Positions 1 through 13,545 of a stretch of 64,000 bases of DNA are shown in pieces (position 1 is the first letter of the stretch; every line of letters begins with the position of its first letter). Source of the stretch: the human T2T-CHM13v2.0 reference genome, Homo sapiens; assembly GCF_009914755.1 (NCBI RefSeq), contig NC_060947.1, one strand, 5' to 3'. The translations under genes were made by a program, and so were the position numbers. The notes under the pieces were generated by a model. That model was not told the origin of the DNA. It saw nothing but the letters and a program-made list of their open reading frames with translations, and made no database searches.

Positions 1-16
1 TTACTAGGTATATACA

Positions 17-447
17 TGATATCATTTGGATATTTGTCCCTTCCAAATTTTTTACTGAAATACGACCACCACCCCCCACCCAATGTTGGAGTTAAGGGCT
101 GGTGGGAGGTGTGTTGGTCATGATGGCAGATCTCTCATGAATGTCTACGTGTCCCCCTCATGGTTGTGGGTAAATTCTTGCTCTGTTGGTTCATATGAGA
201 GCTGGTGGTTGAAAAAAGCCTAGCATTTCTTTGGCTCTCTCTCTTGCTTCCTCTCTCACCATGTGATGCACCTTTTTCCCCTTCACCTTTTGCCATGATT
301 TTAAGCTTCCTGAGGCCCTCACCAGAGCAGATCATGGCTCCATTCTTCTTGTAGTCTGTAGAATTATTAGCCAAAATAAACCTATTTTCCTTATAAGTTA
401 CCCAGGCTCAGGTATTCCTTTACAGCAATGCAAAATGAAATAATACA
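17..447 (+). mobile_element. MaLR solo LTR (MST-like) inserted in an L1 3' end
   Basis: Starts TGATATCATTTGG and ends TAATACA; contains AATAAACC..TTACCCAGGCTCAGGTATTCCTTTACAGCAATG typical of MST/THE1 LTRs. Confidence 0.7.
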
Positions 448-1265
<818 letters not shown>

Positions 1266-1277
1266 ATGAAGCTCCTT

Positions 1278-1396
1278 CCAGGTGTGGTGTCATGTGCCTG
1301 TAGTCCCAGCTAAGGCTTAAATGAGAAGATCACTTGAGCATAGGAGTTTGAGGCCAGCCTAGGCAACACATCAAGACTCCATGTCAGAAAATAAAA
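1278..1396 (+). mobile_element. Alu monomer (FLAM-like)
   Basis: CCAGGTGTGGTG..GATCACTTGAG..GCCTAGGCAACA, A-rich end. Confidence 0.7.
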
Positions 1397-3554
1397 TGCA
1401 ACTCCCTGTTTCTCCCTGGAAGACGTTTGTGCCACTAATCAAGTGTCACAACTTTTACAGCGCCCTCCCAAAGAACCCAGTCCTAAACTTCTTAGCTCTG
1501 GGAGGAGAAAGCACTAGGCATACATGAGTCTCCTTAGATGACAGAACAAAGACGTGGTCTTAACAGGTATGCAAACATGTTTACAAATGATGCCCCCTTT
1601 GAGTAGTGTGAAAAAGGGGCAGGAATATGCAGCTCCCATTTTCTCTCCACAAGGGGTGTATGGCACACACTCCCAGTGGCTACTTGACAGCTTGAGTTCT
1701 AATAAACTTGCACTGGGGAGCCAATGGGGCAAACAAACAATAGCCCACTGGCAGCTGCAGCCAGAGCTTGGCAGTTCCTAAGCCTTTTCTCTGGCTCATC
1801 CCAGGCCTAACATTCTTCCTGGAAGAAGTTTGGCCATGCACTGTGTGCCACAACTTCTATACTCACACCCAAGAGGCTACCTTCTTAACAAACTCTCTCT
1901 GAGAGTTAATGAAGCTTTGCATTCCTTAGTGACCCTAGACAACAAAAAGCAAACAGATGGACATACGATGGGTTCACATCCAGCAGCTATCTCCTTAGGA
2001 TCAGAGGGTGCAGCCTGAACATGAATACGAATTTTGCCACACATCCACTACCTGGCTTAGTGCAGACAGAGTGGGAGATTAACATCCATGCTCAGCTTCA
2101 CCGTAAAGATACAAGTAACTGAAACATAGAGCCAATACTCACACCATTTTATCGACATCTAGAGACTCTGGCTCCTATCTTTCTGGACTTAAAGTACTGA
2201 CAGGGTATGGCATATCCTAAGCTCCAGGTGGGCACCAAAAACAAAGACAGCAGCCTGGATAAACACAAAGATTTAAGAAGCACCTTAAAATCTTTGGCTG
2301 GATGGATTGGCAATGCCCTTCTCCTATATGGAGCCAGTCCGACAAGACTGGGAGACATAGTGGTATTAGCTAATGCACAGCAACCAACATGGAAAGTCAA
2401 GAAATATTTTAAAACAGGGGAATATGGTCCAAACAAAGGAACTAAATAAATCTCCAGAAACCAACCTGAGTAAAGTAATGTTATTTACTTGACAGAGAAC
2501 TCAAAATAATGGCCATAAAGATGCTCACCAAAGTCAACAGAGCAATACAAGAACAAATTAAGAACTTCCACAAATAGAAAGCAGAGAAGAGTACCAAACA
2601 GAAATCATAAATCTGGAGGAATATTATGAATAAACTGAAAACTGCAGTAGAAGGGGCTCAACAGCAGACTACATCAATAAGAAGAAAGGATCAGTGAACT
2701 CAAAGACAGGTCACTGAAAATCATCCAATCTGAGGGAAAAAAGGAAAAAGAGTGAAAAACAGTGAAGAAAGCTTAAGGGACTTATGGGAAACCATCAAGC
2801 CGAACAACTTATGCATCACTGATATGCCAGAAGGAGAGGCGAGAAAGGGATGGAAAACATATTCAAAGAAATAATGGCAGAAAACATCACAAGCCTGGAA
2901 AAGGAAATAGAAAGCCAGAATCTGAAATCTCAAAGGACACCAAATAAGATGAATCTAAGGACACTCACACCAAAACACAGCATAATGAAATTATCAAAAG
3001 TTAAAGACAAAGAGAGAGTGCTGAAAACAGCAAAGGAAAAGTGAATCATTACATGTAAGCAAACAACTATAAGACTATCAGTGAATTTCTTAGCAGAAAC
3101 ATTGCAGGCCAGAAAGGAGTGGGATGATATATTTAAAAAGCTTAAAGAAAAAAAAAACTGTCAACGAAGAATACTATTACCAGCAATCTTGTCTTTTAAA
3201 AACCAAGAGGTGATAAAGACTTTCTCAATCAAAATCTGAGAGAGTTTATCACTACTAGACCTGCCTTACAAGAAATGTTAAAGGGGGTTCTTAAGGCTGA
3301 AGGAAGAAGACCCTAATTATTAATATGAAAACATATGAAAGCATAAGACCCACTGGTAAAAGTAAATACATTGTCAAATTCAAAACACTCTAACAGAGTA
3401 ATTGGAGTGCCTAAATCAATGATATCTAGTATAAATATTGAAAGGTGAAGCTATTAAAACAATTAAAGCTACAAGAATTTGTTAAGGGATACAAATTATA
3501 AAAAGATGTTAAGTTTGCCATCAGAAACATAAAACATGAGAGGAGGGGGAGTAA

Positions 3555-3988
<434 letters not shown>

Positions 3989-4396
3989 AGTATAAGACGT
4001 TCTATGTAAACCTCATGGTAACCACAAAAGTCTATAATAGATACACAAAACATAAAAAGAAAATATCCAAAGAATATTACTACAGACAGCCATCAAATCA
4101 CAAAAAGAGAGAAAAAAAGGAACAAAGGATTTATTTACAAAACAATCAAAAATAATTAACAAAATGGCACTAGTAAGTCCTTATTAATAATTACTTTAAA
4201 TGTAAATCGATTAAATTTTCCAATAAAAAAAGAACAGCAGAATGGATTAAAAACAAGACCCAAGTATATGCTACCTCCAAGAGACTCACTTCACCTTAAA
4301 GGAAACTCAGACTTAATGTGAAGAAATGGAAAATGATAGTCTAACAAAAAGAGAATAGGGTTAGCTACAATTATTTGAGACAAAATAGACTTTAAG

Positions 4397-4695
4397 GGCC
4401 AGGTGCGGTGGCTCATGCCTGTAATCCTAACATATTGGGAGGCTGAGGTGGGTGGATCACCTGAAGTCAGGAGTTAGAGACCAGACTGGCCAACATGGTG
4501 AAATCTCATCTCCACTAAACAAAAAAATTATCCAGTTGTGGTGGTGGGCACCTATAATCCCAGCTAGTCGGGAGGCTGAGGCAGGAGAGAATCGCTTGAA
4601 CCCAGGAGGCAGAGGTAGCAGTTAGTTGAGATCATGCCACTGCACTCCAGCCTGGGTGACAGAGTGAGACTCTGCCTCCAAAAAAAAAAAAAAAA
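4397..4695 (+). mobile_element. Alu
   Basis: GGCCAGGTGCGGTGG..poly-A; AAAATAGACTTTA TSD. Confidence 0.95.
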
Positions 4696-5082
4696 TAGAC
4701 TTTAGGGAAAAAAAACTATAAAAAGAGATGAAAAATGTCATTATATAGTAATAAAGGAGTAAATACATCAAGAGTATGTAGCAATTGTAAATTTATATGT
4801 ACCCAACATTATAGCACTTAAAATAAATGTACAGCAATAATTAAGACATTCAAAGGGAGACAAAGACTGCAGTGCAATAATAGGAGGAAACTTCAATATT
4901 CCACTTTCAACATTGAACAGATCATCCGGGGAGAAAATCAATAAGGATACATTGAACTTGACCTACTTTAGACCAAATGAATATAACAGACATATGAAAC
5001 ATTTAACCCAACAGCAACAGAATACACATTGTTCTCAATGCACATGATACATTCTTCTGGATAGATTATATAATAGGCCACA

Positions 5083-5230
5083 GGCCAGGCACAATGGCTC
5101 ATGCCTGTAATAACAGCACTTTGGAAGGCTGAGGTGGGAGGATCATTTGAGCCCAGCCCAGAAGTTCAAGGCCAGCCTGGGCAACATACTGAGACCCTAT
5201 CTCTAAAAACATGTATGTGTGTGTGTGTGC

Positions 5231-5268
<38 letters not shown>
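5083..5268 (+). mobile_element. Alu left monomer with (TG)n microsatellite tail (about 5213-5268)
   Basis: GGCCAGGCACAATGG..GAGACCCTATCTCT then (TG)n; flanked by AATAGGCCACAG / AATAGGTCACAG. Confidence 0.85.
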
Positions 5269-5272
<4 letters not shown>

Positions 5273-5385
5273 GGTCACAGAACAAGTCTTAACAAATTTA
5301 AGAAGACTGAAATTATATCAAGTATGTTTTCCAAACACAATGTTATAAAACTAGAAATCTGTAACATAAAGAACCATGGAAAATT

Positions 5386-5718
5386 GGTGGAATTTGCGGC
5401 TTTGGCAGATTGAAATAATGGCAGGTCCAGAAAGTGATGCGCAATACCAGTTCACTGGTATTAAAAAATATTTCAACTCTTATACTCTCACAGGTAGAAT
5501 GAATTGTGTACTGGTCACATACAGAAGCATTGCTTTGATTGTCTTATATTTCAAGTTAAGGTCCAAAAAAACTCCAGCTATGAAAGCAACATAAATGGAT
5601 TTTAAACTGTCTACAGTTCTTAATCTCATCTGTTAAGTTCCCATGCCTGGAGAAGCTAATGCCAACTCATCATGTGATAATTCAATTTGTACAATATATT
5701 ATGAACTTGGAAAAAAAA
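5386..5718 (+). pseudogene. ATP5MKP1: Processed copy of ATP5MK (USMG5/ATP5MD/DAPIT, ATP synthase subunit k); ORF 5418..5594 intact, 58 aa
   Basis: MAGPESDAQYQFTGIKKYFNSYTLTGRMNCVLVTYRSIALIVLYFKLRSKKTPAMKAT. Intronless, decayed polyA signal AATATA 5693-5698, short A-tail, TSD AAAGAACCATGGAAAATT 5368-5385 / AAAGAACATGGAAAATT 5716-5732. Confidence 0.93.
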
Positions 5719-6089
5719 GAACATGGAAAATTAACAAATATGTGAAAATTAAACAATATGCTCCTGAGAAAATATTAATATTAGAGCAAAGAAGAAATTA
5801 AAGAAGAAATTTTAAAATATCTTGAGACTAACAAAAATGGAGACGCAACATACCAAAACTTAAGAGATGCAGCAAAAGCAGTTCTAAGAGGAAATTTTAT
5901 AGCAATAAATACTAAACCAAAAAAAAAAAAAAAAGGATCTCAACAAAATAACCTAATGCTACACCTCAAGGAACTAGAAAAAGAAGAACAAACTAAGCCC
6001 AATGTTAGAAGAAGAAATGACAAAACAAAAATCAGAGCAGAAATAAATGGATTAGAGTCTAGAAAAACAATAGAAAAGATCAATGAAAC

Positions 6090-6482
6090 AGTATTTTTGC
6101 ACGCATTAACCAAATTCTCTTTATCCCCTCCTTCCCCACTCCCACTCTTCCCAGCTTCTGGTAACCATTAATTTACTCACTATCTCCATGAGATCACATT
6201 TTTTAGCTCCCACATATGAATGTGATCATGTGATATTTGTCTTTCTGTGCCTGGATTATTTCCCTTAACATAATGTGACTATAGTTTCAAGCATGTATTG
6301 TATATTTCAAAACAGCTAGACTAGAAGATTTGGAATGTTTCCAACACAAAAAATGTTAAATGTTTCAGGCAATAATTATCTGAATTACCCTGATTTGATC
6401 ATTATATATTGTATGCATGTATCAAAATATCATATATACACTATACATTTGTACAATATTATGTATCAATTTTAAAAATGTA
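6090..6482 (+). mobile_element. 5'-inverted short L1MA 3' fragment (twin-priming structure)
   Basis: Antisense L1 3'UTR 6090-~6275 joined to a sense L1 3' end; 18-bp TSD AGAAAAGATCAATGAAAC at 6072-6089 and 6483-6500. Confidence 0.8.
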
Positions 6483-7890
6483 AGAAAAGATCAATGAAAC
6501 TAAAAGCTAGTATTTGGTAGAGCTAAATGAAATTGACAAACTTTAGCTAGACTAACAAAAAGAAAGAAGACTCAAATAAATAAACTCATGAATGAAAGAA
6601 GGGACATTAAAACTCAAAACACAAAAATACGAAGGATAATCAGAAAAAACTATAAATAATTACACGTCAACAAAGAGGAAAACCTAGAAAAAATGGATAA
6701 ATTTCTAGAAACATAAAACCTACCAAGACTGAACTAAGAAGAAATTGATTATCTGAACAGACCAATAATGAGTAGGGAGATTGAATCAGTAATAAAGTCT
6801 CCTGTCAAGAAAAAGGTCAAGACCAGATGGCTTCATGACTGAATTCCACCAAACATTTAAATAAGAACTAATACTAATCCTTCTCAAACTCTTCCAAAAA
6901 GTTGAATAGGAGAAAATACTTCCACACTCATTCTATGAGGCCAGCATCACCTTGATACCAAAGCCAGACGGACACTACAAAAAAGAAAAACTCTACAATG
7001 CAGTATCACTGATAAACATAAATGCCAAATTCCTCAACAAATACTAGCAAACCATATTCAACAGTACATTAAAAGGATAATTCACTGTGATCAAGTGAGA
7101 TTTATCTCAGGGATGCAAGGTTGGTTCAACATATTCAAATCAGTAAATGTGATTCACCATATTAACAGAATAAAGGACAAAAACCATATGATCATCTCCA
7201 TAAATGCAGAAAAAGAATTTGACAAAGTTCAACATTCTTTCATGATAAAAGCTCTCAACAAATTAGGTATAGAAAGACTGTTCCTCAACACATAAAGGAA
7301 AGCCATATATGACCAGCCCACACCTAACATCATACTCAATGGTGAAAAGTTAAAGGCTTTTCCTCTAAGAGAAGGAAAAAAGACAGATGCCCACTCTCAC
7401 CACTTCTTTTCAACATAGTAATAGAAGCCCTAACCAGAGCAATTAGACAGAATAAATAAAAGGCACCCAAATAGAAAATGATAACGTGAAATTGTCTCTG
7501 TTTGCTGACGACATGAATTTATATATAGAAAATCCTGAAGATTTTGCCAAAACTGCTAGAATTGATAAATGAATTCAGTATAATCGCAGGATACAAAATC
7601 AAGTTACAAAAATTAGTAGCATTTCTATACACTAACAATGAACGTAAAAAGAAATTAAGAAAACAATCCCATTTATAATAGTATCAAAAAATACTTAGGA
7701 GTAAATTTAACCAAGGAAGTGAAATATCTATATACTGAAAACTATAAAACTTTGATGGGAAAAAATTAAAGAGGATGCAAACAAATGGAAAGATACCTTG
7801 TGTTCATGAATTATAAAAATTAATATTGTTAAGACATCCATAATACTCTAGGTGATGTACAGATTCAATGAAATCTCTATTAAAATTCTA

Positions 7891-8340
<450 letters not shown>

Positions 8341-8396
8341 TTATAAATCTATAGTAATTAAAACAACATGCTACTGGCATAAAAACAGACACATCA

Positions 8397-8721
<325 letters not shown>

Positions 8722-10011
8722 TCAGTGGAATAAGAAAGATAGACATCCCAGAAATAAACCTATGCATCTATGGTCAATTGGTTTTGAACAAAAGTACCAA
8801 GAACATGCAATGGGTAAAGGACAGTTGCTTCAATAAATGCCACTGAAAAAACTAGACATCCACATAAAAAAGAATGAAAATGAGCCACTATCTCACTCCT
8901 TATACAAGAATCAACTCAAAATGGATTAGACTTAAACATAAAACCTGAAACTATATAACTACTAGAAGAAAACGTAGGAGAAAATTTCCATGACATTGAC
9001 GTGAGCAGAGATTTCTTGGATATGACTCCAAAAGCACAAGTAACAAAAGCAAAATTAGACAAACAAGATTGCATCAAGCTAAAAAGCTTCTGTACTGCAA
9101 AGGAAACAATTGAGTGAGGGAAAAATCCAGGGACTGGGAGAAAATATCTGCAAATTATACATTCAATAAGAAAGTAATATCCAAAACCTACAAGGAACTC
9201 AAACTACTCAATAACAAGAAAACAAATAACCCTTTTAGAAAATGGGTAAAGGACTTGAATAAACATTTCTCAAAAGAAGACATAAAAATGGACATCAGAT
9301 ATATTTTAAAATGCTCAACATTTCTAATCATCAGAAAAGTACAAATCAAAACCACAAGATATCACCTCACACCTGTTAGACTATTATCAAAAAGATGAAA
9401 GATAAATGTCAGTGAGGATGTGGAGAAAAGGGAACACTAGCACACCAATGGTGATACTGTAAATTAGTACAGTCATTTTAGGAAATAGTATGAAGGTACA
9501 TCAAAAAACTAAAAATAGTATTACCCACCCACAGCTCCAATAGAAAATAAAAAACAGAAGAGGGAGGATAAAATTGGCCTATACCGCCTCCTCTAATTGC
9601 AGAAACATCTGTACCACCTCCTTCAGTGGCAGAAATAGAGACCTTAATACAAAGAATTTTACACTCTGCTGCCATAGCTGGAGAGCCCTTAGGACCTTGC
9701 GCTTTTCCTATTTCTGTAAGGCCTGATCCAAATAATCCACAGCAGCTTATTCATGAACACACTCCACTAGAGTTTAAAGTTGTTGAAGGAATTAAAAGCA
9801 AGTGTGGCAAATAATGGTGTAAAGAGCCCATTCACCTTAGGATTGTTAGAATTTGTGTTTGGTGCTTTGCGTCTTTTACCCTTTGATGTGAAACACTTGG
9901 CGCAAACTTGCTTGTCCACTAGTGCATATCTGACATGGAATTTAAATTGGCAAGAAATGTGTGCAGACCAGGCTAAACAGAACCGTGTTGCTGGACACGC
10001 AGACATTACAG

Positions 10012-11240
10012 AGGATACGCTACAGCTATCAGTCCCTGTCTTAAGCAGGCAGCATTAGAAGGAGAGCTCTTAACATGCTCAGTAATGCAAAATCGGCAAG
10101 GCAATCAGGTGTATGTTTATAAAAAGATAAGAAAAAGACATTAGAAGTCGAAACCACTTGGCCAAGCAGGCGGTGGGCAGAAAAAAAGGCTCAGCGGCAG
10201 AAAAGTTTGCAGCAACCAAGCCGACAAGGTCCGCCCAGGCCGGCAGCATCCCCCACCCCACCGGCAAAGGAGGGAGTGAGTGGAGCAGACACAGGCAAAG
10301 CCTAAGCAAGTACAACGCGGCTGCCGCCCAAGACCTGCAACCGCTGCCCTCTGGCTCTGAGGGCAGCCCATAGCAAAATTTCATGTGTTACATCCCAGGC
10401 TATGATTGTTTGCTAATATTTTAGTAAAATGTAAGAAATTGAAAAACCTCTTTTCTAATAATGGCCACTATTGTTATCGCTCTCCTACCCCTGACGTAGC
10501 TTTCCAAATTCAATTTAATTAAAACAGTAACCTCTAAAGGGAGAGAGATTACAGAGGGCCCATGAATTAGTTAAAGAGTAATTAAAAGCTAAGCATGTAA
10601 AACCACACATTACCCTTTAAAAGAGAACTTTAAACCTAATTAAATGATATTTGTTAAATTAGAAGGTAAAAATGTCATGTCCTTCTCAGAAAGTGAAGAA
10701 AAGTTGTATGTAAGTGTACTGAAAACTCATGCATGAACGACTGTCTTAACTCACTGATTACAGATAGTCTTTGATTTGTACTTGCTAAGAGAGTCCTAAA
10801 TTGAGTTCCCCAGCTAGTGAGTCACTGTTTTCAAGACTGTTTGCCAGATTAAAGTCCATAAACTTGGTCAGCCTGAAAACTCAATTACAAGATTTAAGCT
10901 ATTCTGCCTGTGGCTTTAAGCACATGGTTAAAGTATATTATTTCAGTCTCTGCTTCTAGAGATGCTTTCAGATTTTCTTTTTAAACTTCTTGTTACTTAT
11001 TTCAGCTTGCCATCTTAATAATTAATGCAGTCATTTGCTAAGTTATGACCCTGATATCATCAGGATTCCTTTAAGTAAAAGGCAATTCAAAGCGGTATTG
11101 CACTCCCCCATACCTAATGTTTTAACACTGTTTACTGATGGGTCTGGTAAATATGGAAAAGCGGCAGTCTAGTAGAGACCACATAATTCAATCACTCAAT
11201 CTGAGTTTACTAGCACTCACAGAGCTAAGGTTACTCTGTT
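10012..11240 (+). mobile_element. Second, internally deleted HERV-K gag/RT/RNase H module (HML-5/HERVK22-like) embedded in the provirus
   Basis: GYATAISPCLKQAALEGELLTCSVMQNRQGNQVY (gag), MATIVIALLPLT*..I*LKQ*PLKGERLQRAHELVKE*LK (RT start) and TLFTDGSGKYGKAAV**RPHNS (RNase H), all upstream of the host protease. Group name from recall. Confidence 0.65.
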
Positions 11241-12574
11241 TATTTATCAAAGAACTTTTACAACCTTAAGCTCGCTCTGGACTTTCCAGCCTTATGTTGC
11301 AAATATAACCGTCAATTAATGGGGTCAAGACTTACAGCATGGGATATGAGACTTACAAATGAAAACTTTGATAATCCAGTATTTAAAATGTTGAAGAACA
11401 TGTGATATCACAGTGGGAAAGGTTTGGGGAGGTTTCTACAGTGAAATCCTAACCCGATATCAGTAACTGGAAAAACAGATAGAAAAGCGCTAGGAGGTCA
11501 GGATTTCTGATGGGGGTCATTGATATTTCTCCTCCGCCCACTGCCTTACCATTAGAATGGCTTAGTGACAAACCTGTATGGGTGGATCAATGGCCCCTAA
11601 CACAGGAGAAGCTAGATCAACTTCATCTGTTGGCAAAAGAGCAACTGAATGCAGGAAATATAGAAAAGTCAGTTAGCTCCTGGAATTCACCGGTATTTGT
11701 TGTCCCAAAAAGGTCCAAAAACAATAATGATCTCTGGGGTTTCAGCTCAACGCTCAGAGCTAATTGCAGTCATTCAGGTTTTATAGCTCACAGATTCAGA
11801 TCCTATCAACATTGTCTATGATTCAGCTTATGTTGTGAATGTAGCCAGTCACATAGAAATTGCTACAGTTAAAAGTACACTAGACCCAGAACTGCTTAAT
11901 TTTTTTCACTTATTCTCATATGCTGCATGCTACATGTCAAACAGGTGAGACAGTTGGTCATGTACAGCAACACTGTCTGTCATCATTTGCTCATATGGGG
12001 ATACCTAAATAATTAAAAACTGACAATGGACCTGCTTATACTAGTCATGCTTTTCAAAATTGCTTGCGCTTTGGGCTATAACCCATAAAACAGGAATTCT
12101 TTATAATCCTAGAGGACAAGGCATTATAGAACGGGCACAACGAATATTAAAACGCATGTTGAAAAGACAAAAAGGGGGTAAAGGAGGCCAACTACCACCT
12201 CAATCAAAACTACATTTAGCCTTATTTACTTTAAATTTTTTGACTCCTGGTACTGATGGTAAGACTCCAGCAGAAAGACATTGCCAAGTGTTAGAGGAAA
12301 AGAGGAAAGTTTATTAGAAAGTGTTATGGAAATCCCCGGAAGAAGGACAATGGAAAGGTCCAGTGGATTTACTGACGTGGGGAAGAGGGTATGCTTGTGT
12401 TTTTACAGGAGATGAACAAGCCATGTGGGTGCCCTCACGGTGCATGCAACCATGGAATGGGAAACTGGAGGAACCGAGGGTGGCCCACTATAGGCCCGGT
12501 CCCTCCGGTACGAGCCATGAGTCAGCTGAGCCTGAGTGCAAAGATGGACAGAAGGCCGACTGGAGTCATGACAC

Positions 12575-13450
12575 AGTTCTAATATTACACTTGTAAAGAA
12601 TATCACCACTTAATTTACAGTTTGTGTTTTTAATTCTTATGTCTTTTTAGCAGCTAAGAAGGACCAGCTCCAGTTAAACAATACCCGATTGACCTGTAAA
12701 TCTTGTCAGTTATATCACTGCATTAATCATAGCACATTGCAAACACATAATATCTCTACTTTGATGATTTTAGGTAGCATCCCTGGGCTATGGATTCCTG
12801 TTAATCTATCTGAGCCTTGAGCTGCCACACCTGCTTTGCATTTTATGAAACTTCTTCTAACTCTGCTTACTTATTGTGTCCGTAGAGCCTTAGGCATGAT
12901 AATTTTTGCTATTGTTTCCTTGGTCACACTAATAACTTCTATTGTGATATCTTCTGTAGCTTTGCATAGTTCTGTTCAAACAGCTCAGTACATGGAGAAC
13001 TGGACATGTACAGCTAACCAAGCATGGCTACTTCAGAATAAAATTAACACTGAGTTACAAACTGAAGTGCCAATGTTGAAATCCACGGTTCTATGGTTAG
13101 GGGAACAAGTACAAACCTTGCAATTGCAGCAGTAATTGCGTTGTCATTTTAATCACACTCATATTTGTGTAATCAACTTAGAATACAACCAAAGTGAGTA
13201 TCCGTGGGACCTTGTGAAAGCCCATTTGCAGGGAGCTTTCACATCAAACATCACCTTTGATATTGGTGAATTACAAAACAAAATTCTTGATTTAAATAGG
13301 CAAACTCAAGAGTTTCAGCCTTCTTTAGAAGACTGGACCGAATTCCAGCAGGGCCTGGAGAGCCCCAACCCTTGGACCTATCTAAAGCATCACATTAACA
13401 TCTTATATGTAGTTCTTGGAATAATGTTGTTTTGTCTATTCTTTTTATAG
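12575..13450 (+). pseudogene. HERV-K env relic (most of SU deleted; TM with one internal stop)
   Basis: VRR/ALGMIIFAIVSLVTLITS fusion peptide, VLWLGEQVQ heptad, CHFNHTHIC (CX7C) loop and hydrophobic anchor; ORFs 12836..13135 and 13136..13450 are in the same frame. Confidence 0.85.
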
Positions 13451-13545
13451 TCTGTAAAATCAGATGGACCACCAATCAGAGAATGAGAGCTGCCCAGCCT
13501 GGCCTTACATTCTTCCAATTAATTCATAAACAGAAAGGGGGAATA

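Larger units (their letters stand above)
9521..13545 (+). mobile_element. Defective betaretroviral HERV-K internal region, HML-6 (HERVK3)-like; no 5' LTR, several deletions
   Basis: gag relic 9626..10010 (KELKASVANNGVKSPFTLGLLE); pro/G-patch about 11280-11500 (FKMLKNM*YHSGKGLG); RT N-terminus 11510..11715 (PVWVDQWPLTQEKL..WNSPVFVVPKRS); RNase H (SAQRSELIAV); integrase (KTDNGPAYTS, GILYNPRGQGIIERA, WKGPVDLLTWGRGYAC); polypurine tract AGAAAGGGGGAA 13532-13543. Confidence 0.85.

Noticed and set aside
12836-13450. Possible co-opted (syncytin-like) env
   Set aside because: Internal TAA at 13133-13135, SU and signal peptide largely deleted, and no 5' LTR.
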